The position numbers and the translations under genes were made by a program. The notes beneath the pieces are model-generated. The model had not been told where the DNA came from, made no database searches, and worked only from the letters and a program-made list of their open reading frames with translations. From Nitrospirota bacterium (GTDB lineage: Bacteria > Nitrospirota > Thermodesulfovibrionia > Thermodesulfovibrionales > Dissulfurispiraceae), in NCBI GenBank assembly GCA_040754455.1, contig JBFMCP010000026.1:1-46801 (forward strand): a stretch of DNA of 46,801 bases. The letters are read 5' to 3'. Within the stretch, counting starts at the first letter, position 1, and the number at the start of each line of letters is the position of its first letter. Positions 35,374-44,548 of the stretch are shown here, piece by piece.

Positions 35374-36767
35374 ACCCTTCCTCCGTGAGCTGTTATGATA
35401 TGTTTCACAATAGCCAGTCCTAGACCGGTCCCTTTTATCTGGCCCGTATCAGCGGTGGGCGCCTGCTGGAACTTTTCAAAAATAACCGGGAGGTTTTCCT
35501 GTTCGATCCCCGGTCCCGAATCCGACACCACCACCATGATACTCCCGGCGACAAGCCCTGCCGAGACAGTGATCTCACCACCATAGGGCGTAAACTTCAC
35601 CGCGTTCCCGATAAGGTTCCGCAGCACCTGCATAATGCGCTCCCTGTCCAGTCTGATCTCCGGCAATGCGGGCAGCGGCTCGACCGTAAGGGTGATCTGT
35701 TTTGCTCCTGCCAGGAGCTCGGCCTCCTCGGCGGCCTTGCGGATCAGCGGTGCGATGTCAGCCGGAGCGAAATCATACGTCATCATGCCGGCCTCCATCT
35801 TCGAAAGGTCCATGATGGAATTGACCATGCCGATCATGCGGTTGCTCTCTTCAGCGATGATGGTCAGAAGCCGTTTCTGCCGTTCGTTTGCCTCTCCCCC
35901 CACACCCTCCAGCAGAAGATTGGTCCCCTCCTTGATGGAAGCGAGGGGAGTGCGCAGCTCATGAGACATATAGGAGAAGAAATCGGATTTCATCTTGTCG
36001 AGCATCGAGAGCTTCTTGCACATGGAATTAAACGCCCTCGACAGTTCCCCTATTTCCGGAGGAGATGCAACAGCAAGATCGCTCTTCAGGTTCCCCTTCG
36101 CGATTTCCCTGGTCTTGTCTACCACGACCGAAAGAGGGCGGGTAATGCTCCGGGTAATAACGAATGCGACGCCGATACCGATCGTAAGGGACGTAAGCGC
36201 CATAGCCGCCACGACCCCCGCTGCAGCGTCCCCGCTCGCTCTCAACTCTTTTATCCTTTCGTAGGTGTGCTGCTGGTACACGCTCTTCAGTTTCCTGAGC
36301 TCCTCGGTGATCGCCTCGACCTTCCTCTGCTTCTCCTCCTTATACCACAGCTGCGGATAGGAACTGTTCCTCCTGACGAGCTCCGCCTCCTGCTGCACGA
36401 GCGCGCGGTAGCCTGCATGCCGGTCCCGTATTGCTCTGATGAGTATCTTCTTCTGGGGGGTATCCGCCACCGCCAATGCCGCATCGCAGGAGCGGGCGAA
36501 ATCGCCGGCGGTCGACAGAAACTGATCATAGAGCGCACTGTCTTTTATGATGATATACTTCCGCTCGTACCGTATCTGTGAAAAAAGGGAGTCGCTCAAC
36601 CTCTTTTCATAGTCGGCGAGCAGATTGTTCACCTCGAGGATGCTCCGGATCGTCCTGTTGAAATGGCGCAGCTGCACCACCGCGTAAACGCTGACCGCCA
36701 TGACGAGAATAAAGACAGCAAGATAACCGATAACCAGCCGGGAAAAAATACTTAATCTCATACTCAT
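35313..36767 (-). CDS. glrK: HAMP sensor histidine kinase, GlrK/QseE-like
   Basis: Two TM, HAMP, MSHELRTPLASIKEG.NLL, NLIGNAVKF, DSGPGI, GTGLGL. Confidence 0.78.
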   Translation of the reverse strand: MSMRLSIFSRLVIGYLAVFILVMAVSVYAVVQLRHFNRTIRSILEVNNLLADYEKRLSDSLFSQIRYERKYIIIKDSALYDQFLSTAGDFARSCDAALAVADTPQKKILIRAIRDRHAGYRALVQQEAELVRRNSSYPQLWYKEEKQRKVEAITEELRKLKSVYQQHTYERIKELRASGDAAAGVVAAMALTSLTIGIGVAFVITRSITRPLSVVVDKTREIAKGNLKSDLAVASPPEIGELSRAFNSMCKKLSMLDKMKSDFFSYMSHELRTPLASIKEGTNLLLEGVGGEANERQKRLLTIIAEESNRMIGMVNSIMDLSKMEAGMMTYDFAPADIAPLIRKAAEEAELLAGAKQITLTVEPLPALPEIRLDRERIMQVLRNLIGNAVKFTPYGGEITVSAGLVAGSIMVVVSDSGPGIEQENLPVIFEKFQQAPTADTGQIKGTGLGLAIVKHIITAHGGRVWAESTPGQGSSFIFVLPVS

Positions 36768-37207
36768 TCTGCTGCGCTGCGGATAGTCAAGGAAATCTTC
36801 GCTCGGAAATACCTATCGGACGAGTGCAACGTCATGTACTGCTTCAGGTGCGATTTCCTGTAGAGGTTAAAACAGCATCTTGCACTACCTATGCTCAAAA
36901 AAACGACACTATATAATAACATATTTTCACTCAAATGCCATACCTGCCTTTCGCTCAAAGATGCGGTACATAAAGGGTTTAGAGGCGCCTACCCTCACCA
37001 TAGCGCTCCGGATATCATTTGTAAAGGAAACTATTCCCTCGTGATTTTTTAAGGGCATCGCCCTGCTGAAAATGTTGCACGTCCTCTCTCATCAGGAGCG
37101 GGCGCCGCATGCGAGGACTGCGCGTGTACTGCAGGGGATAAGCATCCTGCCGCACGGAAGAAACGCATTGACGACAGACTCATTAACGGACAGAGCGAAG
37201 CATGCCG

Positions 37208-37244
37208 CGTCCCGTTATACGACACTCTGTCATGTTTCTTTACA
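37208..37244. promoter_or_regulatory. Tandem enhancer pair (YGT-N11-ACA x2), candidate PrsR box
   Basis: CGTCCCGTTATACGACA and TGTCATGTTTCTTTACA. Confidence 0.55.
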
Positions 37245-37307
37245 TCTCGGGGGAAAGCATGCGGCATCCGGCGAGAATGCGCTTTGATTTCAACACCGAC
37301 TTAAGAA

Positions 37308-37323
37308 TGGCATATCACTTGCA
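37308..37323 (+). promoter_or_regulatory. sigma54 -24/-12 promoter
   Basis: TGGCAT-ATCAC-TTGCA. Confidence 0.8.
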
Positions 37324-37406
37324 TATTTTTAAAATATGAAACGTCTGCTTCATTAACTATGATGCAACATCTCACCATACATCCTGAACAGGCGATGAGG
37401 CCAATG

Positions 37407-37526
37407 ATGAAGTACTTGATTTCCATACTGATGGATTCACCGCTCTACATGAAGCTCCCCGTAAAAGAGAGATTGCGGCTGCTCAAATACCTGGCGGACA
37501 AATACTGGCAATTGCTGAGCCGGTAA
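37407..37526 (+). CDS. Small protein (39 aa), below the ORF-track cutoff
   Basis: MKYLISILMDSPLYMKLPVKERLRLLKYLADKYWQLLSR; GAGG upstream; in-frame alternative starts back to 37359. Confidence 0.5.
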   Translation: MKYLISILMDSPLYMKLPVKERLRLLKYLADKYWQLLSR

Positions 37527-37613
37527 TTACCCGGATTTCTTCGTCCCTACACGACTGCCGTTCCGACAGTACACCCCCGCGCAAGGTGCGTTCTTTTATA
37601 GGAGGTGACCATA

Positions 37614-37835
37614 ATGTACCTGCGGACGATCTCCCTTTTGATCTCGGTGCCGGCCGTGCTCGCGCTCTCCCTCGGTCCAGTGTCGTCCGGAGCGATGATG
37701 GTCATACAAAGTACTGATGCAGGGGGCCCCGCTGCTAAGGAAGACGACATATTGTTTATCATACGCAAGCCGTCCACACTCCTACTGCTGGTGGCCGGGC
37801 TCCTCGGGTACGGTCTCTTGCAGATGAGAATGTGA
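37614..37835 (+). CDS. Miniature secreted protein with degenerate PEP-CTERM-like tail
   Basis: RBS AGGAGGTG; signal peptide; C-terminus IRKPSTLLLLVAGLLGYGLLQMRM. Confidence 0.6.
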   Translation: MYLRTISLLISVPAVLALSLGPVSSGAMMVIQSTDAGGPAAKEDDILFIIRKPSTLLLLVAGLLGYGLLQMRM

Positions 37836-37924
37836 AATTGATAAGACATGTACGTCCGGGGTCCCGTGTGCCGCGTGCAGCACGCGTTTTTTTCCGCTAT
37901 GATCGTAAAAGGGAGGGAAGTTCA

Positions 37925-38179
37925 ATGAGGAAGAGAGTGATCGTCGCCCTTTTAGCAGTGATCTACGGTCTCATCTGTCTCGGCATCGGCTGGATCGCAG
38001 GTATCGACAGCGGCTTTGATACCGGGTACAGGGTTGCCTATATCGAAATGGACAGACTCCTGCGGCAGGGAATGAAGGAGGGGGTGAATTTTTATGTTGA
38101 AGGCCTGAACATAAAATTCTCTCCCGGCGAAGAGAGCGTGCTCAAGATTTCGGCTGGAGGAAACCGGCAGTACCGATAG
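37925..38179 (+). CDS. Small single-TM hypothetical protein
   Basis: MRKRVIVALLAVIYGLICLGIGWIAG...; RBS GGGAGG. Confidence 0.65.
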   Translation: MRKRVIVALLAVIYGLICLGIGWIAGIDSGFDTGYRVAYIEMDRLLRQGMKEGVNFYVEGLNIKFSPGEESVLKISAGGNRQYR

Positions 38180-38217
38180 TGTAAAATCTCACAACAAAAG
38201 TGTCGCTAAAGTTTACA
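38180..38217. promoter_or_regulatory. Tandem enhancer pair (TGT-N11-ACA x2), candidate PrsR box
   Basis: TGTAAAATCTCACAACA and TGTCGCTAAAGTTTACA, 21-bp period. Confidence 0.6.
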
Positions 38218-38419
38218 GCACTACAGCAGCGCATCGCCCGAAGCATGTCTCCGGGACACGCCGCAGCACAGAGGAGCATGTCGTCACTGTGTTGCGCAAA
38301 AAAACAAGCACGCCCCCTTGGCCGCAGCGCATCGGGCTGAACATTGCACGCCGCCCCATCTCCTGCAGCATCCGCTGCAGAGGACCCCGAAACAGTGGGC
38401 AAGGGCTTTCTTCTGCTCC

Positions 38420-38435
38420 AGGCACAATTATTGCT
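38420..38435 (+). promoter_or_regulatory. sigma54 -24/-12 promoter
   Basis: AGGCAC-AATTA-TTGCT, ~200 bp downstream of the enhancer pair. Confidence 0.65.
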
Positions 38436-38496
38436 TTTTGATGGCGAAGCACCATTGCGCATACCGCGCAATGATGGCGATCGCACCAGGAGCGCA

Positions 38497-40803
38497 TTGA
38501 CGGCACCGGTCATGGACATGCACGAATTTATCACCACCAAGCTCTCGATCCTTCAGGACGTTCCGCGTGCCGTTGTGGCTACCGGCGGTGCCAGTGCCAT
38601 AACGAACCTTATGCTCGACCTTGCCATAAACTACGCTGCGGCAGAAAAAGGCTCGCTGATGCTCGTGGACGAGCACCATGAACTCTTCATCGCTGCTGCT
38701 AGGGGCATCGATACCCAGCTCATCAGAATCTGCCGCAGCAAGATAGGGGAAGGCATCGCCGGCACGGTTGCGGCGCAGCGCACTCCCGTACTGGTTGCAT
38801 CAATCGAGCAGGACCATCGGTTCAGAGGGGAAGGACGGGAGCAGCGGTATAGAACGAAGTCCTTCATATCCTGCCCGGTTATCAGCAAGAACAACAGGCT
38901 GTTGGGGGTTCTCAACATCAGTGATAAAAAGGACGGCGCCGCCTTCACCGAGCGTGAATTTGCATTCATAAAGATCATTGCCGATCAGACGGCTATCGTC
39001 CTCCGGAATGCCCTCCTGATACACCAGCTCAGGGCAAAGACAGCAGAGCTCGAAATGGTCAACAGCGCCCTTATCGAAACCGATGCTGCAAAGACCGAAT
39101 TTCTCGTCCGCATCTCCCATGAGCTGCGGACTCCCCTCAATTCGATCAAAGGTGCAGTATATTATCTCCAGAAATCGGAACTGCCGAAGGCCGGGGAACA
39201 GAAAGAATTCTATGATATCATCTCACACGAGACAGGCAAGCTCATTAGCACCGTCGAAGAACTGCTCGATTATCTCAGAACCGAAGACGAGGTACGCGTC
39301 ATCAGGACATCGATCATTCCGGTCGCCGGGCTCATGGAAGAAATCGCTGCCTCGAGGACGTTGAGAACGGCGCTCGCACAGAAAGAGCTTACCCTGGACC
39401 TCGATATCCAGAAAGGGATAGCGGATTTTCCCGGCAACAGGATACGAGCGGCCCAGTTCTTTACGACGCTCCTGGAAGCGCTGTGCCGTTATCTCAGGCG
39501 GGGAGATACCCTGCATCTCGCCGCACGGGATGCTGGCAACATCGAGATCACTATCACCCTCCCCCGCCGGATGCCCGAAACGGCCCCGCTCCTGTGCCAC
39601 CTCTTTCATCCTTCCTCTCCCTTTCAGAGGGGCCGGGCCGAGGAGCATCTCCGCCTCGCCATGGCGAGGAAGATCGCAGAAGCGCACCAGTGGTCGCTCA
39701 GCGCGAACAACAGCGCTGCCTCCTGCATTGTTTCTCTCGTCATACCCAAGGGTATGCGCCAGAAGACCGAGGTCGCCATCTCCGCAGCGGCCGACCTTTT
39801 TGCCGATGTCGCTGCAGAGATGATGGGACTGCACCGGTGCTCGCTGATGCTCGTGGACGACCTGACCGGAGAGCTCAGCATACGGGGTGCACGGGGAATA
39901 GATGACGAAACAGTAAGAAAGACGCGGATAAAGCTCGGCGAGAGGATAGCGGGGTGGGTTGCGGTGGAAGGCATGCCGCTCCTGATAGAGGACATCGAGC
40001 GGAATCACTACTTCGGCAAACGGAACGCTCCACAGTACAACACAGGATCGCTCGTTTCCCTGCCCCTGAACACCGGGGACCGGGTGATAGGGGTCCTGAA
40101 CCTGAGCAACAAAAAAGCGGCTTCCCCCCTTTCACGCGAAGAGCTCTATATAGGCTCTGTTCTGAGCGAGCGCATCGCCTTCTGCCTCGGCGACCTCCTT
40201 CGCAACGGGTATCGCGAAGATACCTTCAGGAATCTCCTCATGTCCTTCGATACCCTTTTGAGCGCACAGAAGCGGGACTGCAAGAGCAGCCCCCTCCTTT
40301 CCGGTCTGCTTCTGAGCACCATGGAGCTGCTGCATGCAACCGAGAGGGAGAAAGCGCTCGCCCTGTATATCTCCCGCCTCTACGATCTCGGTCTCGGCCT
40401 CGTGGATGAGGATGTCCTGAGCGAGGAAACGCTCCTCCCCTCGGATATGCGCATGCTGAAGGCGCATCCCTCTATGACCGTGGACCTCATCAGCTTCTTT
40501 GAGTATTCCGAGGAGGTGAAAAAGGCGCTGCTCCACCACCATGAACGGTATGACGGAAAGGGGTATCCCGATGGTCTGAAAGGGGAGGAAATACCGTTCA
40601 TTGCGCGATGTATCGCTGTCGTCGATGCCTTTTGCGCCCTCTCCTCGGATCGACCGTACCGGAAGGCCATAGAACGGGAGGCGGCGCTGCAGGAGATCAG
40701 GAGCGGTGCAGGTTCGCGCTATGACCCAGCCATCGTCGAGGCGTTCGATGCGGCCGCTGCACGGATGCTGAGCCGTACCGCAGCACAGGCCCTGCTTCAT
40801 TGA
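38497..40803 (+). CDS. GAF-HisKA-(degenerate HATPase)-GAF-(degenerate HD-GYP) signalling protein
   Basis: Two GAFs (GEGIAG.VA, GERIAGWVA), SHELRTPL, HHHERYDGKGYPDGLKGEEIP; start TTG 38497 (AGGAG) or ATG 38512. Confidence 0.85.
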   Translation: MTAPVMDMHEFITTKLSILQDVPRAVVATGGASAITNLMLDLAINYAAAEKGSLMLVDEHHELFIAAARGIDTQLIRICRSKIGEGIAGTVAAQRTPVLVASIEQDHRFRGEGREQRYRTKSFISCPVISKNNRLLGVLNISDKKDGAAFTEREFAFIKIIADQTAIVLRNALLIHQLRAKTAELEMVNSALIETDAAKTEFLVRISHELRTPLNSIKGAVYYLQKSELPKAGEQKEFYDIISHETGKLISTVEELLDYLRTEDEVRVIRTSIIPVAGLMEEIAASRTLRTALAQKELTLDLDIQKGIADFPGNRIRAAQFFTTLLEALCRYLRRGDTLHLAARDAGNIEITITLPRRMPETAPLLCHLFHPSSPFQRGRAEEHLRLAMARKIAEAHQWSLSANNSAASCIVSLVIPKGMRQKTEVAISAAADLFADVAAEMMGLHRCSLMLVDDLTGELSIRGARGIDDETVRKTRIKLGERIAGWVAVEGMPLLIEDIERNHYFGKRNAPQYNTGSLVSLPLNTGDRVIGVLNLSNKKAASPLSREELYIGSVLSERIAFCLGDLLRNGYREDTFRNLLMSFDTLLSAQKRDCKSSPLLSGLLLSTMELLHATEREKALALYISRLYDLGLGLVDEDVLSEETLLPSDMRMLKAHPSMTVDLISFFEYSEEVKKALLHHHERYDGKGYPDGLKGEEIPFIARCIAVVDAFCALSSDRPYRKAIEREAALQEIRSGAGSRYDPAIVEAFDAAAARMLSRTAAQALLH

Positions 40804-40879
40804 GCGCAGCGGCACGAACCCTGTGCAGCTCTAAAGGAAGGATGCCGCTGTTCAGGAGAGCGGCAGCGCTCTTCACCTT

Positions 40880-42283
40880 TTATTGTGAGATACTTTCTTT
40901 TAAGAGACCCGGCTGGCTGTTGTAGAGGCCGTGCTTTTTCATGATATCGTAGAGGGTAGGCCTGCTGATGCCCAGTTCTTCGGCAGCGCGGGCGATATTG
41001 CCGTTGTGCTTCTCAATGGCCGCGGTGACCATTTCCCGCTCGATCCTGTCCCGCGCCTCTTTGAGCGTAATATTTTCGACGACCGTCGCCTTCTGCATCG
41101 ACGACCGCTCCGAAAACCCGAGGTCATGGGGCTCGATGATCGAGAGCTCCGACATGATTACTGCACGCTGTATCCTGTTTTCAAGCTCCCTGACGTTGCC
41201 GGGCCACTCATACGATTCGAGCAGCTTGATCGATGCAGGGCTGAATCCTCTCACTTTCTTTTTGAACTCCTCACTGAACCTCCTCAGAAACAGGTTGGCG
41301 AGAAAGACGATATCCTCCCCGCGCTCTCTCAGCGGCGGGAGATTGATCACCAGCACACCGAGCCGGTAATAGAGGTCCTCCCTGAACCTCCCGTCCTGTA
41401 TCGCCTTCTGGATATCGATATTGGTTGCCGCCAATATCCTCGCATCCACATGGATGTCTTCACGCCCGCCGATGCGCTGCACGGTCTTTTCCTGCAGAAA
41501 GCGAAGCAGTTTCACCTGCAGCGCAGCGGAAAGCTCGCCGATCTCATCGAGGAAGAGCGTTCCCTTATGCGCAAATTCGACCTTGCCCTGCACCTGCAGG
41601 TGGGCCCCCGTAAAAGCGCCCTTTTCATGTCCGAAGAGCTCCGATTCGAGCAGGTTTTCGGGTATGGCGCCGCAGTTGATCGGTACAAAGGGTCCCTCCT
41701 TCCTCAAGCTCATGGAGTGGATCGCCCGCGCCACCAGCTCCTTGCCGGTGCCGCTATCGCCGACGATGAGAACCGAGATATCGGATGAGGCAACCTTTCT
41801 GATCGTTGCAAAGATCTTTACCATCTCGGGACACTGTCCGACCATACCGCACAGCTCCGTGGTCTTTTCGTCAAGCGAAAGGTGCAGCCTGCGGTTCTCC
41901 TCCTCGATGTTGTGCAGATAAAAGGCACGGTTGATAATGATCGTGAGTTCTTTCACATCGATAGGCTTCTGGTAATAATCGTAGGCCCCCATCTTTACCG
42001 CTCTGAGCGCATTCTCGCGCTCATGGTTTCCGGTGATGACGATCACCTTCGTCGAGGGGGCGAGCTTCAGCATCTCCTCGAGACACCTGAACCCCTCTGC
42101 CGTGCCGTGCCCGTCAGGCGGCAGACCGAGATCGAGCGTCACAACCTTGGGCTGGTGCCGCCTGAAAAGCGCCTGCGCCTCCTTGCCGTCTTCTGCCAAA
42201 AGGACAGCGTACTCCTTTCCCAAACCCCATTTGAGCTGCTTTCTTATCTCCTCGCTGTCGTCAACGACCAGTACCTTTTCCAT
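40880..42283 (-). CDS. prsR: PEP-CTERM-box sigma54 response regulator
   Basis: IRKQLKWGL, VTLDLGLPP, GAYDYYQKP, GAFTGA, ISRPTLY; adjacent to prsK and exosortase. Confidence 0.9.
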   Translation of the reverse strand: MEKVLVVDDSEEIRKQLKWGLGKEYAVLLAEDGKEAQALFRRHQPKVVTLDLGLPPDGHGTAEGFRCLEEMLKLAPSTKVIVITGNHERENALRAVKMGAYDYYQKPIDVKELTIIINRAFYLHNIEEENRRLHLSLDEKTTELCGMVGQCPEMVKIFATIRKVASSDISVLIVGDSGTGKELVARAIHSMSLRKEGPFVPINCGAIPENLLESELFGHEKGAFTGAHLQVQGKVEFAHKGTLFLDEIGELSAALQVKLLRFLQEKTVQRIGGREDIHVDARILAATNIDIQKAIQDGRFREDLYYRLGVLVINLPPLRERGEDIVFLANLFLRRFSEEFKKKVRGFSPASIKLLESYEWPGNVRELENRIQRAVIMSELSIIEPHDLGFSERSSMQKATVVENITLKEARDRIEREMVTAAIEKHNGNIARAAEELGISRPTLYDIMKKHGLYNSQPGLLKESISQ

Positions 42284-42471
42284 TGGGTGTGACAAGCCTC
42301 CTTTCTCGCAAATTCTCTGTTGGCGTTTTCTTTTTCCAGCCTACCGGCCGTCCCGCTGAGGACAACAGCTCAACCGGCGAGGGGCAACCCCGCGACCGCG
42401 TTTCTGCGGCGATCGGCTGCAGGATCACCGGTTGCCTCGGCCTGCTGCGTTGCAACGGATAAAGGACATCA

Positions 42472-44547
42472 TCAGGTACACTGGAGCGCAAGGTCCGGCG
42501 CGTGCGCCAGCGGGAGGTGGACAGTGAAGACCGACCCTTTCCCTATTTCGCTCGTCACCTCGATCCAGCCTCCGTGCGCCTCAACAATATGCTTGCATTG
42601 GTACAGACCGATCCCGAGCCCCTTCTTTTTCGTAGTACAGAAAGGCTTGAACAGCCGCTCCCGCATAAACTCATCGGTCATGCCGCAGCCGCTGTCCTTC
42701 ACCCGTATGAATGCCGTTTCATTACTGCCCACCTCGACAATGACCGGCGTCTTCCCTTCGGACGCCTCGAACGCATTGAGGACAAGGTTCAAGATGACCT
42801 TCTGGAGCTCATCCACATCAACATAGGAGAAGACGGAACTTATATTCAGCCGCACCTCTCCCTGGGTAATTCTGCCGACTGTTTCATAGGCAATCCGGCA
42901 CACATCAACAAGCTCCCGGTGCAGAGATTGTTTTTCCTCAAGGTTTTTCAAACGTGCTATCAGCCGCTTCATTTTATCCATAGTGGCACTCAGGGACTGG
43001 AGCATATCTTTCTGGAAATCGGGATCCCCCATATACTCCCGTGCATTATCGATCACGAGCGAGAGGGTGGTGACAAGGTTCTTCAGGTCATGCATGACAA
43101 AGGCGGACACCTTGCCCATCGCCTCCATTTCCCGTGCATTCGAGAGCTCATTGGTCAACTTCAGGTTGAGTAGCACAGAAGAGGCATGGCGGGCAAAGGT
43201 CTTCATTAGATCGTAATCCTCGCTGGTATACACCTCATTTTTATTCATGGGCCTGCCGAGGGCGATGAACCCCTCGAGTGTCGTCGCGCTGTAAAGGGGA
43301 ACCGCGAACGAGAGGGCGCGCTCGGCAAAAAAGGTCCGGTCCTCGGCAGCGGCACCGGAAAGCCCGTCGTTGATATTGAGGACCCAGTCTCTTTTTTTCA
43401 TCTGCAGGACCAGGGGACTCTGGTTGCTGAAGGACTCCGTGCCGGTGCTCACCCCGAAGGAAGCGGCATTATAGTATGCCTTCTTCCCGTCATCGTAAAG
43501 GAAAAGGACAGCCTCTTCCATACCGAAGGTATCACGGTATCCTGAAAGCACCGCTCTCAAGAGCTCGTCGATCGTCTTTGCTGAAGAGAGCCTGTCGGTA
43601 AACGTCAGCCATTGCATGCGATAGTCATACTTATTCGCATAGAAGTGCTTGTAGAGCATGATCCTCAACGCCCTCTGGGCTTTTTCCGAAAGGAGCACGG
43701 CGATAAGCCCCATGCCGCCCGCAAAGGCGAGGGAGATCAGCACTGCCTTCTGGAAGTACCCCCCGAAGTACCGCATCCCCTCCCCCATCAGCCCGAGGGC
43801 GATCAGGTAGAGACCGATAATGAAAATGACTGCTGACCGGTACGCCGATTGTTTTGAAACATAGACCCTGACGCCGCTCCCGCGCTTTCCATGCGAGTAC
43901 GCCATAAGCGCGACGGCAACCACGGCCATGATCGACCGCACCGGCATCAGGTTCATATTGAGCGAGCGGTAGAGCAGGCCCTGGCTGTAGTAAAAGAGCA
44001 GCGCCGCCAGTAAGCCCCCGGCGCCGAGCACCTCGAACTTGATCTTCCACCGTGAAGTCCTCGAAGCGGTCAGCAGCGTCACCTCGAGATTGAAAAGGGC
44101 CGCGATCATATACATCAGCGCTCCGAGATAAAAGATAAAGCCGGCGTTCCCCAGAAAGAGCATCCGCTCGTTGATAAAGTCAGGAGAACTGAAAAAAGCT
44201 TCGATAGGAATGATCGCTGCAGCAACGAGCAGTGCAGGGGCGCTGCAGAGCAGCAGACGCTGCGTTATCGGTATGCTCCTTGTGCCGCTCTCTCTCGAAA
44301 AGGTGAGCGAGAAGAGCAGCCAGGCCGGCAGCAGCACTGTCTCTGAGAACAGCGCCCCTTTTTTCCAGAAGAGGAATTGTTCCGGATAGATGAAGGAGAG
44401 GAGATCGCAGCTCTCAAGGACGGCAGTGGCGAGGAGCGCCGTGCAGAGCGATGATGTTGTCAGCGACCGTTCAATACGGAGGGCTCGGTAGACCGCATAG
44501 CCGGTCAGGACGGCAATGGCGCCTATGGACAGGATATTCTGGAGCAT
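42472..44547 (-). CDS. prsK: PEP-CTERM system multi-TM histidine kinase
   Basis: Multi-TM N-terminus, KHFYANKYDYR.QWL, GAF, AFVMHDLKN, GLGIGLYQC. Confidence 0.9.
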   Translation of the reverse strand: MLQNILSIGAIAVLTGYAVYRALRIERSLTTSSLCTALLATAVLESCDLLSFIYPEQFLFWKKGALFSETVLLPAWLLFSLTFSRESGTRSIPITQRLLLCSAPALLVAAAIIPIEAFFSSPDFINERMLFLGNAGFIFYLGALMYMIAALFNLEVTLLTASRTSRWKIKFEVLGAGGLLAALLFYYSQGLLYRSLNMNLMPVRSIMAVVAVALMAYSHGKRGSGVRVYVSKQSAYRSAVIFIIGLYLIALGLMGEGMRYFGGYFQKAVLISLAFAGGMGLIAVLLSEKAQRALRIMLYKHFYANKYDYRMQWLTFTDRLSSAKTIDELLRAVLSGYRDTFGMEEAVLFLYDDGKKAYYNAASFGVSTGTESFSNQSPLVLQMKKRDWVLNINDGLSGAAAEDRTFFAERALSFAVPLYSATTLEGFIALGRPMNKNEVYTSEDYDLMKTFARHASSVLLNLKLTNELSNAREMEAMGKVSAFVMHDLKNLVTTLSLVIDNAREYMGDPDFQKDMLQSLSATMDKMKRLIARLKNLEEKQSLHRELVDVCRIAYETVGRITQGEVRLNISSVFSYVDVDELQKVILNLVLNAFEASEGKTPVIVEVGSNETAFIRVKDSGCGMTDEFMRERLFKPFCTTKKKGLGIGLYQCKHIVEAHGGWIEVTSEIGKGSVFTVHLPLAHAPDLALQCT

Positions 44548-44548
44548 A

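Noticed and set aside
38344..38496. N-terminal extension of the GAF/HD-GYP protein
   Set aside because: It overlaps the predicted sigma54 promoter; the RBS supports a start at 38497 or 38512.
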